DNA of 63,797 nucleotides, filler included, from Cercozoa sp. M6MM (Eukaryota > Protista > Endomyxa: Ascetosporea), in NCBI GenBank assembly GCA_040357565.1. It is 9 parts of 9 records of this genome, joined end to end, with 100 filler letters (N's around TTAATTAATTAA, not from the genome) between each part and the next. Parts side by side here need not be neighbours in the genome. Positions count along the whole stretch, not along the records: positions 11,838 to 16,661 come from JBDODJ010001042.1; positions 16,762 to 35,270 come from JBDODJ010000233.1; 7 more parts are not named here. One strand, 5' to 3'. The position numbers and the translations under genes are program-made. Positions within the stretch are counted from its first letter, which is position 1. Every line of letters begins with the position of its first letter. This document shows positions 14,213 to 27,245 of this stretch, in pieces. The notes under the pieces are model-generated. The model saw only the letters and a program-made list of their open reading frames with translations, had not been told where the DNA came from and made no database searches.

Positions 14213-14629
14213 CTAGTCATGGTGCCGTCGCTGCATGCGGCGTCGCAGCTGTCGCCGGAGCGCCAGGAGGCCGACGGAGAGCACCGCGGCGAGCACGAAG
14301 ATCACGTCGAACCAGTGGTGGTAGAACTGGAACTCGAGGCCGCCCAGCACCTGCGTGATACCTCGTCGAAAGCGCAGCGGCAGGTTCATGCGCATCAGCA
14401 GCAGGCAGGCCGTGAAGTAAGCACCCATGACCTCGCACAGACCGAGTGCCATGGCAGCAGGCGACACGGCCAGCAGCGGACTCAGCTTCAGCAGCGTCAG
14501 CAAAAAGCCGCGCATCTGCGTGAACACCAGCACACCCACGAACAGGAAAGACAAGCCCTACGGGTAACCACCAAAGGGTATATATAGCACATGTATAAAA
14601 ATCAGGCATCAAGGTACATGCATACACAG

Positions 14630-14660
<31 letters not shown>

Positions 14661-16640
14661 CAGGTATATGTAGACAGGTACATGTACATACAGGTACACG
14701 TAATACAGGTACATATACAGGTACATAGTTAGATACAAGTAGATGATAGAGGGAAACAGAAGGTACCTGTGACATTGCCTCAACGTCGATTTGCACGTGC
14801 ACGGCGTGGGTCAAAAACAACTCCAAGAAACGCGTGATTGGGTCTGCGAAACAAACAAAATTAAAGGGGTGAAGGGGAAGAGGGGGGGGGGGGGGTAAAG
14901 GGGGGTAAAACTACCCATGCGACGTTTCTTGTTCAATGCGATGTTAACGGTCGCCATCACGACCTGTACAGATACTCAGTGGTTCAACTGGACCGTCCAA
15001 ATCGGGTTTCTGAAAGTACTGTACCTTTTGGACGCACAAACCGGCCATAACATAGCCAAGTACATTCTGTACACGTCTGTTGACAAGGGGGATGGGGATG
15101 GGGGATGGGAGGGTAAAGTGCCAGAGGTGTGTGAAAGGATACCCAAGCCAAGTTTTCCTTCTCTCGGTGGATTTCTTTAACTGCGCACAAAAATGTACAC
15201 AGTGCGTTACAAACAGGACCACGAAATTCGGACGCGTACCTGTGTCAATTCCTCGTAACTCGCCAGTTCCGAGTGGCACAACTGCTCGAGCACTTCGATT
15301 TCCTACGAGGGGGGTAAGGGCGGAGCAAAAGAACAAAGGGGAAGGGAAAGACTGTGCAACACACCGAGTCGAGCGAATTCTCGTTCGAGAAGAGCGACGG
15401 CAAAAACCACGAATTTTTGCCTTCGCGGAGCTTTCGCTGCCGCTGTCGGCAGTGACGGCGTTTTGCGTGCGACAGTTGATCCTGCCACGCAAGTCCGGTG
15501 AGAGAGAGAGAGAGAGAGAGACGGTTCGATTGATCGGAGTGTTCAGTACCATGGCACGAGTGACACGTGCACGTGCCTCAGCGACGGCGGTATCATCGAC
15601 ACTGAGTGCGAACCACGCCAGGTACTCGAAGGGACAGTTAACGGCACCTGTAACCACGTGTCCAAGCACCACTCACTCACTGTGACCACGCGTCAAGTTA
15701 GCAATCATTTAGTACCAAATCCAGACAGCACGGCTGACACTGTTACTCCCAGAACACCGACCTGCGGGGGGGGGGGGGGAAAGCAGGGGCGAATGGGGGA
15801 GGGCAAACCCACGGGGCCGGGGGGTAAATGGGGGGAGGATAAGAGGGGGAGGTGACACGACGCACCCGACCCAAGGCGAGCTCGAACGGACTCAGCACAG
15901 TTCCGGCACTCGTCAGCGGAAACCACACTCCCTAAACAAATCACATCCAGTCCAGTCCAGTCCAGGTCACAGTCCTAGTCCAGTCCTAGTCCAGCCCTAG
16001 TCCAGTCCAGGTCCAATGTCCCAGACCAAAAGTAGTACCAGCAGGTGGAAAACGTAGTAAAACGCCGACAGTAGCGGCAGAAAAATCGCGCTGCGAATTA
16101 AAGTTTCCGTCGACACGCTTCGCCTCGTTTGCTGCGACTTTGGTTTTACCCCCTGTTTACCCCCTTGTTTACCCCCCTCCCCCTATACCCTTTGATACCA
16201 CAGTGAGGTTGTGCGGCAGCACGGGTCGTTTCGCCTGTCGACACAGATTGATGCAGGCGGCGACTGCACATTTACCTCCTTTTTACCCCTTGTTTTACCC
16301 CTCTTACCCCCTTGTTTACCCCCTCTTATGTCCTATTTACCCCCTCTTATCCCTCAAATAACGCAGCTACCAGCCTGCACGACAGGCGACAGAAATCTCG
16401 GCACTCGCAGTCGCCACACCAGCACGAAACACAGTGCACAGGGCACTCCTGGGGTAAGGTAGGTGAAGGGTAAAGGAGAATGGGTAAAGGAGAATGGGTA
16501 AAGGGAAGGGTAAAGGGGGAAGGGCAAAAGGGTACGGGTAAAAGGGTAGGGGTATAGGGGAGGGGGCTCAAGCAAGCTACCCACACTCAGCATGAGCAGC
16601 AGCAGCGACAGTGAGAGTCGCCACAACTGTTGCCGCGTCC
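14213..16640 (-). CDS. GPR89: Golgi pH regulator / GPCR-type G protein (GPR89/GTG), 5' partial
   Basis: RVGVLGVTVSAVLSGFG|AVNCPFEYL, DPITRFLE, SFLFVGVLVFTQMRGFL, EVMGAYF..LLMRMNLP..R..IT.VLGGLEFQFYHHWFDVIF. Confidence 0.93.
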
Positions 16641-16761
16641 TTCGAGACAACCAAAAGTCGCNNNNNNNNNNNNNNNNNNNNNNNNNNNNNNNNNNNNNNN
16701 NNNNNTTAATTAATTAANNNNNNNNNNNNNNNNNNNNNNNNNNNNNNNNNNNNNNNNNNNN

Positions 16762-17630
16762 GGGGGGTTGCCGTCACCGTCCTCCATGGTGATCAGCACG
16801 AGCAGCATGTTGTTGAACTGCCAGTGCTTGCCGTCCACGAGGTGCTGCACTTGTGCCGACATGTCCAGATCCAGCAGGGTACCGTTTGTGTTGGTGGTCA
16901 CCAAGTCACTCACACGGAAGTCCAGTCCGTTGCTGAGCAACTCGCCCACGGCGCGACCCGTCGAGTGACAGTTGTCCACGAGAAAGCCAGGTACGGTTGG
17001 GTCGTACTCGGCAAGATCACGGAACAGCGGCGTGAGGTTCTTGTCGCTCACACTGGCGATGCGCAGATGCGCCTTGTCAGTCGATTGCACCAGGCCATCA
17101 ACGCCAATGCGCAAGGAGGCATGCACCTTGGTGGCCTTCTTGACGATCGGCATGCGGAACCCGAGGAGTGCGCTGTGCTCGGCGTGTTCGACGTTGGTGC
17201 CGCCGGCAACGGCGAAATCATCGCCGATCGCCTCAAAGATCTTGTTGAAAACACACACGGCACCGTCATCAAGATTGCCGCTCACTTGTGCGTTTGCATT
17301 GGCTGTGTCTTCGTCGGCCTCGAGGACAGACAGCGCAAGCGAGGGCTTGGTGGAGATGCCCGTGCACCACTGCACTCATACCAATGTGCTATGTTATCAC
17401 ACAGGAACAAGGAGTGTCGGGGGAAGTAATTTACCTTGGGACACAGATGCAAGGCGTTGGCAGCCAGGGCCGACTGGCACTGCGAGGCGCAGCCTGCACC
17501 TGGTACGGGGCGTACGACTACACCATTCAGGATATAGTAGAGTGGCCGACCGTAAGGCACGGTTGTAGGAGAGAGGAAGTACGGCAGCAGCAGACACAGC
17601 AGCGGTGACAGCGAAGGCAGCGAATTTCAT
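16762..17630 (-). pseudogene. Copy A of secreted Tyr/Gly-tail family; internal deletion frameshifts exon 2; 3' end cut by contig end
   Basis: Nearly identical to 25503-26610 but lacks the 243 bp equivalent to 25635-25877 (CAGG microhomology at the junction). 175 exonic nt are lost, which is not a multiple of 3. Confidence 0.6.
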
Positions 17631-18039
17631 CTTTAATAAAAAGTTTAATTAACGTTAAGATCGAGAAATCGAAGAAACGAAAGGGTTCTGCCATCAAAAC
17701 ACAAACGAAATACAGACACTTGCATGATATGACAGAAGACACTAAAAGGGAATAAATTAACGTACTGTTCGTCGTGGAAGTGAACGAAAGTGTATTTATG
17801 GAAGACAATACAGGTACAAGTCGAAGAATCGCGACACTTATCTATCGAAGAGCGTTTCTGGCGTTTCACCACGTTTCGCCGGGAGTTTAGTTCATAATCC
17901 GAAACTTCAGAAAAACGACCCAACTAAAGAACTCTTTGTCAGAGTTGGCTAAAACTCCGAACTGAAGTGAACGGAGAAGCCCCGAAACTAAGTGCGCAAC
18001 GAACACGACGCTCTTCTCTATGATGGGCCACAGTGGCAA

Positions 18040-20740
18040 TGGTTCCTTGCGTTAGAGTACTGATTGCATTGGCAAACACTGCGCTAAGTTTCGTCGTCGC
18101 AACCTCAGCGCGCACCGCCGACGCACTTGTGTTTTGCGTGGAACCGGATGACTCACAGCGCGCGCCGGAAATCGAGAAATTCTGCTTTCGCAAGTCAGTT
18201 TTCGTTCCCTCGAGCGCTCGCGAGCAAGTATGAAATAGCCCTAAATCACTAATTGTACCGTGTCTTTCTACTGCTTCCTTTCAGCCACTGGTGCCAGTTG
18301 GAAGCAACAGGCTCCGCGAATGGTACAACAACACTGTGCGCCGACTCGAGAGAGCGCGTTTGCAACCCGGCACAAGTACCAGACTACCTCGATTTCGAGT
18401 GGAACGCGATGTGTTCGATGCGATTCCGGACGTACAACAGCTGCTCTACCTCCCGGAGTCGGTGTACTCGCCAAGCGACCTCGCGCTCTGCCGGAACAGC
18501 GAGTATGCTTCTTTCTTCGTGCGCGGGTACGACGCATGGCGTGCTATGCTCACTCTTAAAGCTCTGCACTCGCTCGGACTTGCTCAAGATGCGGCTTTCC
18601 ACGCACGGACACAGGCGGAGGACGCAAGCATCCTGCTCGCAGTCGAGCCGAATTTCGTTACAGTAGTGGACCTGCTGATGAATGACCACTTGTCGCTGTT
18701 GGCGCGGCTTCCAGACTGCTCTTGGACATATGTTCGCGATCAAGTGTAAGAGATTTGTTTTACGTACTTCCCGATTTTACCTGTCCTTGCAGACAAAAAC
18801 ACGTTGACTTCGGCGAAATGGAGAATGCGCGTGCTCGTGTGGAGGTGCTGAAGGCATTGGCACTGTTTAAAGAAAGCGAGCAAGCAGAAGACGCCACTTT
18901 GACTCTTCGAGTTCCAAGGCTGTTGATGTCGCTACCACTATCGCCGCCTGCGAATGCTCTTTTGACAGCGATGCGAGCGGCCATGAAACAGTTCTTCTTT
19001 TCCACACACCGAGAGAAGCGACTCGAGTGTCTGGACACTCCGACATGCATGGCGGTTCTCCGTTTGGTTCCTTGCCCTCACTTGAGAAAGAAACTCGTGC
19101 TCAAAGTGTCGGGTGACGCCGTGCTGTCGAAGGAATTTCAAGCATCCGCGAAGCAAATAGCAATCAACAATCCACTCAAGTTTCAGGTCGAAACTGAAGA
19201 CTTCGTGCTCCCTCGCGATGTAGCATTGAAGTCTGTCTTTGAAGCAATGCGAGCACTGGCGAAGGTTCCCATTACTTCTTTCGACTTATCACGGGTCGGA
19301 CTGCAGAACCAAGCGCCCTTTCAGCTGCGGACAATGAACGGCTTGCGCACCCTCACGATACCGTCGGTCGGTTTCTTCTCTAACCTCATCCACCTAAACA
19401 TTCTAGCTTTGTTCAGAACAACGCAGGCGGTCCCAGCGTCACGCACATCCCAAAGAGCGTGAATCAGTTGCGCATTTCTCCGCCGTACATTGACCGGCGT
19501 CGTGCGTTTGAGCCCAGCAAGATAGCTGCCACCTCAAGGCTGTTGTCTACAATGATTGCTCCGCTCTCGCACCTGCAAGAACTCGACATGCACATCAACG
19601 TAATCATCAACCAGGTTGGGTATGGTGGGTTTAAAATACCACCGTTACATGTTTTGTTGCTTTCGTGGTACAGAGCCTCGATTCTCTGCGATACGTAAGC
19701 GATATGCTGGCCTCGTTACCGTCAAGTGTGCAACGAATCAACTTGACGCTAGAGCTGGAAACCGGTGATGCGGATCGTAGGATATTGATATGCAGCGACC
19801 TGTTTGACAGTCTTTCGCAGCGAGCGTTTCTCTCCCTGACCCAGCTGAGTTTAGGCATCGGTGACCTGACCTGTATCGACAATCCTTGCTTGGTATGTAC
19901 ATGCATAATGTTCGTCCAGTTTGCGTATCAGTCAAAGCCATATGTAGGGCTTCATTGGAATATTGTCTCAGGGGTTGGGAAAAGCCCTGGAAAGGTTCTC
20001 AAGTGCGCCGAAGCTGGAAAAGTTGCAGCTTTCTTGGTTGTCGAAAGACCGCGACACGGACCATGCAATATTTGCGCTCCCTCCTTCGCTTCGCTCACTG
20101 AAACTGGAGCTCGTGGACCTGCGCATTTTCGATTCACTGCAAAATTTGGCATTGAAACACCTATCTGTGAGCACGCGTCGCCACGACGCTTGTGAGGTAA
20201 ATTCACATTTTGTCATGGTCCTGTGCGTGAGCTCAGTTGAGTTTGACCTGTGAATTTAGCTGCTGCTAGAATGGCTACGTACACTGAGCTCACAACAGTC
20301 CCTGGAATCTCTTCAAATCGAGTCTGAGAACAACTTTCAAGAACGCTGCATCGTCGATTTACTCCGTGTAATGTGACTCACCAACTTCTAAAATAATCAG
20401 ACCCAACATATCATTTAGCGTGCTCTGCACCTAGATGATTGCTCAACTCGACAGTCTGACAGACCTCGACATTGGTGGTCTGCGCGTACCTCCTGGAGCA
20501 CCAACTGCGGCTGCGATGGAGCAATTGGTGAGCGTAACGTCACAGAGGTTGGTTCGCGTTGTACTGCCTCGAGACTTGGTTGAGTTTGATGGTAACGTTA
20601 CTTGATGCAAAACAATTTATTTACTCACTCTGGAGCCATGTAGCAAAAACACGAACCACAATAACGCTGCTTTTGCGACGTGCACCGCTGCTGCAAGAAG
20701 GCGGGGTTTTGCCGCATGATGGAGATTGTGCGTGACTAGC
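18040..20740 (+). CDS. Unknown multi-exon protein with RNI/LRR-like repeats
   Basis: Long GT-AG-bounded exons with LSHLQELDMH, LTQLSLGI, LEKLQLSWL, LRSLKLEL and LTDLDIGG. Ends approximate. Confidence 0.5.
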
Positions 20741-20820
20741 AGTGACTAAGCTTAATAAAGAGGGAAAGAGCTGTAGCATGCACTCAAGTTTCTTAACTGT
20801 CGGTGACTAGTCAGTTCAGT

Positions 20821-23117
20821 TTAGCAGTACAGACTGTTGTCAAAACCGCCGTATACACTGGCTGGTGCCATGACACTGGTATCGAGGGCAGGGCTTGTGT
20901 ACTTGATGTTCGTGTCGTTGGTGTTGATTCCAAAGAGCGCGCGCAAGGTGTCCTGCCGAATCTTGTCACCCAGTGCGACCAACAGATCGGCTGAATATTA
21001 GATCAAACCATAGTACACAACCAAAACTTGAGTTAATACAATATGTCGAGAGACTGACTCACCTTGCAGTTGGGATGGTGAAACAGCAAACTGAGAGGCC
21101 AAACGAATGACTGTAGCAGTTGGGATAAAGACAGTTAGGGTAAACAGGTTTTAAAAGCACAAGAAGCGTCTTATACCATTGATGTTTCGTACAGTTTCCG
21201 AAGCACACGCGGCTTCTCTTTGGACTTCGGCAACTACTTTCAAACAAGACCGGGCATACCCGACTCCCAGAGGGGCATAAACTCTTTTACCAGAATTGCA
21301 AGCAGTGCGAGAAACGAAGGCACTGAGTGTGGCACGTGCAAGTTCCTTACACTTTTCAATGTCGGAACAGTCTTGCTGCTCATTCGACATTCTCTTGTGT
21401 TGGCACTGGAAACGAAAGAGTCAGGTACCACACAGAGATGCTTCAGCACATGTTTTCGCCAAGCACAAAGGTCTTCCTGCAAGTCCGTGTCGAACCTGCT
21501 AAATGCATTTTTTGACGACTAAAGAGATACAGTACATGGAAGCTATCTGAGGCACCAAGGCATGCCGAGTATGTGCGAAGCAGTGGCACGCTGTTGTGGT
21601 TGTTTCTGAAGACAAGCTGCAATGACCTGCTGCATTTCTTTCGAAGGCTGTTCGAGACTGTATATTGTCAACAATGATATAGATTACCTCGAGGAGGAAA
21701 CTGGGCTACCGTTTGGCGCCCAAAACTGGAGGCGTGTGCGTTTGTGCTGCATGCAACTGCCCTAGTTCACCGCCACAGCGACGTTTGGTGAACGGTGCTT
21801 CGAAGCGCTCTTGTGTTCCCTACTCGTGTGATACAGACAGTTTAATAAAATAGAAGCATGGAAAGTCTACCACATTGGCAAGTGCATGTAGAAGACAACC
21901 CGCACTCCAAACATCGCCTCGTCCTGCGTATGTAGTACTTTGGTACTAGCCGAGTTTGTAGCGAGTCTAAAGTACCGTCGTAGTCGTCACCACGCAATCG
22001 TTCGGGAGCCATGTAATCAAAAGTGCCGATCATGGTCTTAGCCATCGCGAGTGTTCCTTCCAAAGGTTTGGCGATGCCGAAATCGGCCACTTTGATCGAA
22101 CCGTCCGCAAAAGCTAAATCAATCTGATATGTTATGGTAAAATTAAGCGTAGAAAGCACGATACCAAGCACATTGGCCGGTTTGATATCACGATGCACAA
22201 GTCGTGCACTCGTCAGATCGGCGAGCGCGTGGAACAAACCGCGTGCCACGTGTCGCAGTGCTGCCTCCGGTATCTCTCTTCTACCTTACATAGTTGTCAA
22301 CGCTGCACCTTCTACGCCTGCACTCTCTGTACCCCTGCTGCCCCAGCTTGGTGCCAATGTCGTCGAGTGAGCCGAAGCGAGCGAATTCGAGAGCAACGCA
22401 GACGGCGTCGTTGCTGGCGAAGGCACCTTTGAACTGCAGAATGTAGGGCGACTTGACTCGTGCCAAAACTCCGAGTTCCTCGAACAGTTGGTCTGTGATA
22501 GTATAGGGGGCATAAGAGACGGTAGGATACGTGGGGTAGAGCAGGAGTACGACGAAGGGAGCGCTCGTTTACACGGACATACTTGAGTGCCACCAGAGAG
22601 ACCTCCTGGGGCGACGGTGCAAATACTGCCCGAGTCACCGATCCGCATGCACCTATATCCAAGGTAGCAGCATGAGAAGACAAGAGGTTCTGCATATAGG
22701 GGGTACCTGCACCCAGAGGACCACCTTGGCGCAGTTCGACTATGCTCTCACTTCGCACCATCAAATCCGGCTGCTGCGTGCTACTGGTGCTTTCGCTTTC
22801 CGCACTCTGTTCGCACACTACACCACACTATAAGTACGCGCCTGTGTGTAGCAATATCGCAAGTGTATGTACATGTGGGCGGCTCGTAGACATCGCTCTC
22901 GACGTCCACCATGGCACCGCCGAAATCAACGTCATCGTCATCGATGTTGGTGCTATCGTGACTCTCCTGTCGCACCGGACAGTGCTTTATACCTGAACGA
23001 GAGATCTGCCAGCCGCTGGCATGCAGTGTGCCTGTCATCGACACCTGTCAACGAGTCCATGTAGCACAGAGGGTACACCTTGCGTACGGATGGAAGTACC
23101 TTGACTGTGCGTGTCAT
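20821..23117 (-). CDS. MAP kinase kinase (STE7/MEK family) with C-terminal extension
   Basis: GPLGAG|ACGSV, VALK, SPYILQFKGAF..VCVALEF, LVHRDIKPANVL, IKVADFGIAK..AMAKTMIGTFDYMAPERL and GDVWSAG. Confidence 0.87.
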
Positions 23118-23470
23118 GGCGTCAGCCACCGGCGACGGTGACTCGCTGCCCACCGATAGAGACAGTGCGAACTGCGAAATAACAGAAGAATCCCGAGTTA
23201 TCTTTTTTGCCAAACACGCATTCCAAAAGCACCGGTGCGTCGACATCGTCCTCCCCGCCCAGCTTCAGTGTCGGCGGTCGCATCTCGGCGCAAAGATTCT
23301 TTTATTACTTAGAAAACACTATTTTGCCCGCAAAAATTCTCTGCAAATCTCTAACAACGCGCGCCCAGTGCATTTTCCTATCTTTCAAAATCTCTTTGTG
23401 GTCAAGAAACAATCAAGTTGATCAAAGATTCTGGGGTGACTTGTTGCAGTAGGCCCGAGACAATTATAAT

Positions 23471-24956
23471 ATGCGTGTTCTAGGCCAACGGTTGGGTCAG
23501 TTGGCGCTGACGGTTTTATTCGTCCCCTTGGCTTTTTTCTGCACGATTTTGACATTTTTGCTGCGCGGCAAACGCATCCGCTCGGAACCTCGCCACATCG
23601 CTATCACGTAATGGGAGATAGTTTCGTTTGTCCATTGGCATATCACATCATCAACTAGTGCAGGGGTGCTTCGCGTGGTATTGGACGAGCTCTGGCGCTC
23701 GAACTCGCAAAGCCCGGTGCTGTGCTTGCACTCTTTGGTCGCAACAAGGTTTCTTGCGTTGCTTCGCTGTTGAGTACCTCATATCATCTCTTTGGCAGGA
23801 GAAGCTTGAAGAAGTTAAGAAGGCGTGTGAGTCCAAAGGCGCGGAATGCCGTCTGTTTGTATGATTCTGTACCCAAGGGTAAAAGCCGCTGAAGTTAGTT
23901 CGCTTCCTCGCAGGTTGTGGACGTCACAAACGAAAGCGAGATGGAGGGATCGTTGCAGCAGTTCGACGATTCATATGCCCTTGATCTGCTTGTGGCCAAC
24001 GCTGGCGTTACGGGCGACACTCTCGGCGGTGCGCTTAATCCCTTTTTTGTTTGTTTTGGCTTGAGTGTTTACAACTTCTGCTTGTCTAAACAGTGAAACG
24101 ACCGGCAGTAGACGCTGCGCGTGCTCTGCATGATGGTAACTTTGTACATGTTTACTTCCCTTCTCACATGTATCTTCTCACATGTATCTGGCAGTGAATG
24201 TTCGCGGAGTACTAAACACGGTGCTGCCTGTCGTTGAACGTATGCGCCAACGCCGTCGCGGTACATGCTTTCACTTTTCTTCGGAGGGATCTGATGTGAC
24301 TTGTGCGCAGGCCAATTGTTGTTGCTCTCAAGTATCGCTTCCTTCTCATGTCTTCCTTTCGACGGTGGATACAGGTGATCGCAGAGCATAATTGCAGAAG
24401 TTATTAACATCTGGCAATGCACAGTGCATCCAAGGCGTGGACGCGTGATTTCGGACTGCAGCTGCGCGCTTACTTGCACAAGTATGCCTGTAACTCCTTC
24501 TCTCTACCAGTGTGCAACAGTTCGCATTGAAATAGGTACAACGTGGGCGTCACGGTGGCTTGTCCGGGCTTTACGCGCAGCGATATGACGCTGCCCTTTG
24601 CCGAGGAGAAACCGATGCCGTTCATGGTGGGGCCACTCGCTTGTTTCCATTCTCAATTGCATTTGTCGACACTAGGTCTCGCAAGAACGTGCCGTTCGTG
24701 AGATGCTCGAAGCTCTCAAGGTGTGTTGTGATATTACTAATCCTTGAGTGCCTTTTAGCTGATTGAATGTTTCAGAACGACGAAGCCGAAGTGGTGTTTC
24801 CGTCGCGTCTGGCTCTTCCCGTGCGCGCCATCTTTGCAGGTAGCTTGCTTGAAATTGCTTTGCCTTTTAACAGCACATGTCGCAGTGTTGCCGGGCGGCG
24901 TGCGACAAGACCTCGCGCGTTTGCGACTGCTTCCGCGCGCCTATAGCTACCTGTGA
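23471..24956 (+). CDS. Short-chain dehydrogenase/reductase with N-terminal hydrophobic anchor
   Basis: IAIT|GASRGIG, VDVT, LDLLVANAGV, VNVRG, LLSSIAS, catalytic Y-S-A-S-K across an intron, and CPGFTRSDMT. Confidence 0.92.
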
Positions 24957-25502
24957 TCGGCGCTGATCGACGCGATGCATGCTTTGCTGTCGAGCAAGTC
25001 TCGGCAGTTTGGGAGAAAGTCGCGGCGCGGCACTTTGGTTTTTAAGAAGCGGAGCCGAAGCTCGCGGCACGTCCGGTCGCGTCGGGCTTTTTTGTGATTC
25101 TAGTGGCGTTTCTTGGCAATAGAACACCTTCAAAGAGCGAACTCGGGGTTTGATTTAACCTGTGCACGAAACGCGCGCGAATTGCGAAGAAACGTCCAGA
25201 AACGAGCGAAACGACGTGAAACCTGAAGAAACCGGAGGAAACGCAGAAGATGTGCCTCCGCAGACGTCAGTCTCACACACATTTTGTTCGCTTACACGAA
25301 CTGTAAGTTCCTTCTTCTATTATGACCTTTCATCAACTGGGGGTCATATGTGCATACCTTGTTCATGTTGCCTAGTTTGGCTTTCTGTCCTTCGCTGAGC
25401 ACGTGTTTGTTCACGACAGAGTGCCCAATCCTTGTGATTCCAATCGACGACTCGATTTAAACTTCAACCTTTGAACTTTGAACGTCCCCACCCAAGCCCA
25501 AG

Positions 25503-27245
25503 ATGAAATTCGCTGTCTTTGCTGTCACCACTGCTGCGTCTGCAGCTGCCGTACTCCCCTCTCCTACAACCGTGCCTTGCGGTCGGCCACTCTATATATA
25601 TCCTGAATGGTGTAGTCGTACGCCCCGTACCAGGGCGCACCGGCCACGTACGACCCTCCGGCGGCCAAGAACTACGCCACCATGTACGACGGCTCCTCTG
25701 GCGGTTCCTCCAAGTCGCCCAAGACGGTACCTTTTGCCCAAACGCCTTTCGCTTGACCCAGTCAATCAGTTAACGTTAATATATGTCCCTCCAGGTGGAC
25801 CAACTGGACGCGGAACTCACTGCTCTCGCCAAGAAGGTCGCTGTGCTGGAGCATGTCGACTCGGCACCCTCGGCAGGTGCAGGCTGTGCCTCGCAGTGCC
25901 AGTCGGCCCTGGCTGCCAACGCCTTGCATCTGTGTCCCAAGGTAAACTACTCTCCCCAACACTCCTTGTTCCTGTGTGATAACATAGCACACTTGTGAGT
26001 GCAGTGGTGCACGGGCATCTCCACCAAGCCCTCGCTTGCGCTGTCTGTCCTCGAGGCCGACGAAGACACAGCCGCTGCAGGCGCACAAGTGAGCGGCAAT
26101 CTTGATGACGGTGCCGTGTGTGTTTTCAGCAAGATCTTTGAGGCGATCGGCGATGATTTCGACGTTGCCGGCGGCACCAACGTCGAACACGCCGAACACA
26201 GCGCACTCCTCGGGTTCCGCATGCCGATCGTCAAGAAGGCCACCAAGGTGCGTGCCTCCTTGCGCATTGGCGTTGATGGTCTGGTGCAATCGACTGACAA
26301 GGCGCATCTGCGCATCGCCAGTGTGAGCGACAAGAACCTCACGCCGCTGTTCCGCGATCTTGCCGAGTACGACCCAGCCGTACCTGGCTTCCTCGTGGAC
26401 AACTGTCACTCGACGGGTCGCGCCGTGGGCGAGTTGCTCAGCAACGGACTGGACTTCCGTGTGAGTGACTTGGTGACCACCAACACCAACGGTGCCTTGC
26501 TGGACCTCGACATGTCGGCACAAGTGCAGCACCTCGTGGACGGCAAGCACTGGCAGTTCAACAACATGCTGCTCATGCTGATCACCATGGAGGACGGCAA
26601 CGGCGACCCTCCTGCTTCTGGTGGTGACGGTCCCCTCCTGTCGGTGCTGCCGTCGGAGATTGTGATCAAGTTCATGCGCCCTGCTGCCCCCAAGAACTCG
26701 TACCGCAGTCTCTTTGTGCGCTTTGTTTCTTTCTGAGACTGTCTCATTGTGTGTACACCACAGGTACGGCTACGGACAGAGCTACGGACAAGGCTACGGA
26801 CAGGGCTACGGACAAGGTTACGGACAGGGCTACGGCTACGGTCAGCAGCCGGTCTACGGTCAGCAGCCTGCCTACGGCCATCAGCCTGCCTACGGTCAGC
26901 AGCCTGCCTACGGGTGCCCTCCTCTTTTGTTCCCCTTGCAGTGGTTGTTCCTAGCGTAATTTACTGTCTGCACCACTGAGCAGATACGACAGCGACTACA
27001 ACAGCCAAGGCTACGGCAACTCTTACGGCCAGGGCTACGACAACTCGTACGGCCAGGGCTACGACGACTCATACGGCTATGACACCTCGTATGGCTACGA
27101 CAACCACAACTACGGTGGCTACGGCAGTCCGAGCCACGGCGGCTACAATGCTGGCTACGACAACAGTGCCGCCTCATACTCAAGCGGCTACTATGGCGGC
27201 TACTTGGGCAACAGCGACAGCTACGGTGTTTACGGCGGCTATTAA
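25503..27245 (+). CDS. Copy B (intact): secreted protein with short coiled coil, Cys motif, globular domain and Tyr/Gly/Gln low-complexity tail
   Basis: Signal peptide MKFAVFAVTTAASAAA. Six exons splice in frame: VDQLDAELTALAKKVAVLE, CASQCQSALAANALHLCPK|WC, a domain of about 230 aa, then (YGQG)n (YGQQPA)n and SYG/GYD repeats to TAA 27243-27245. Confidence 0.8.
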
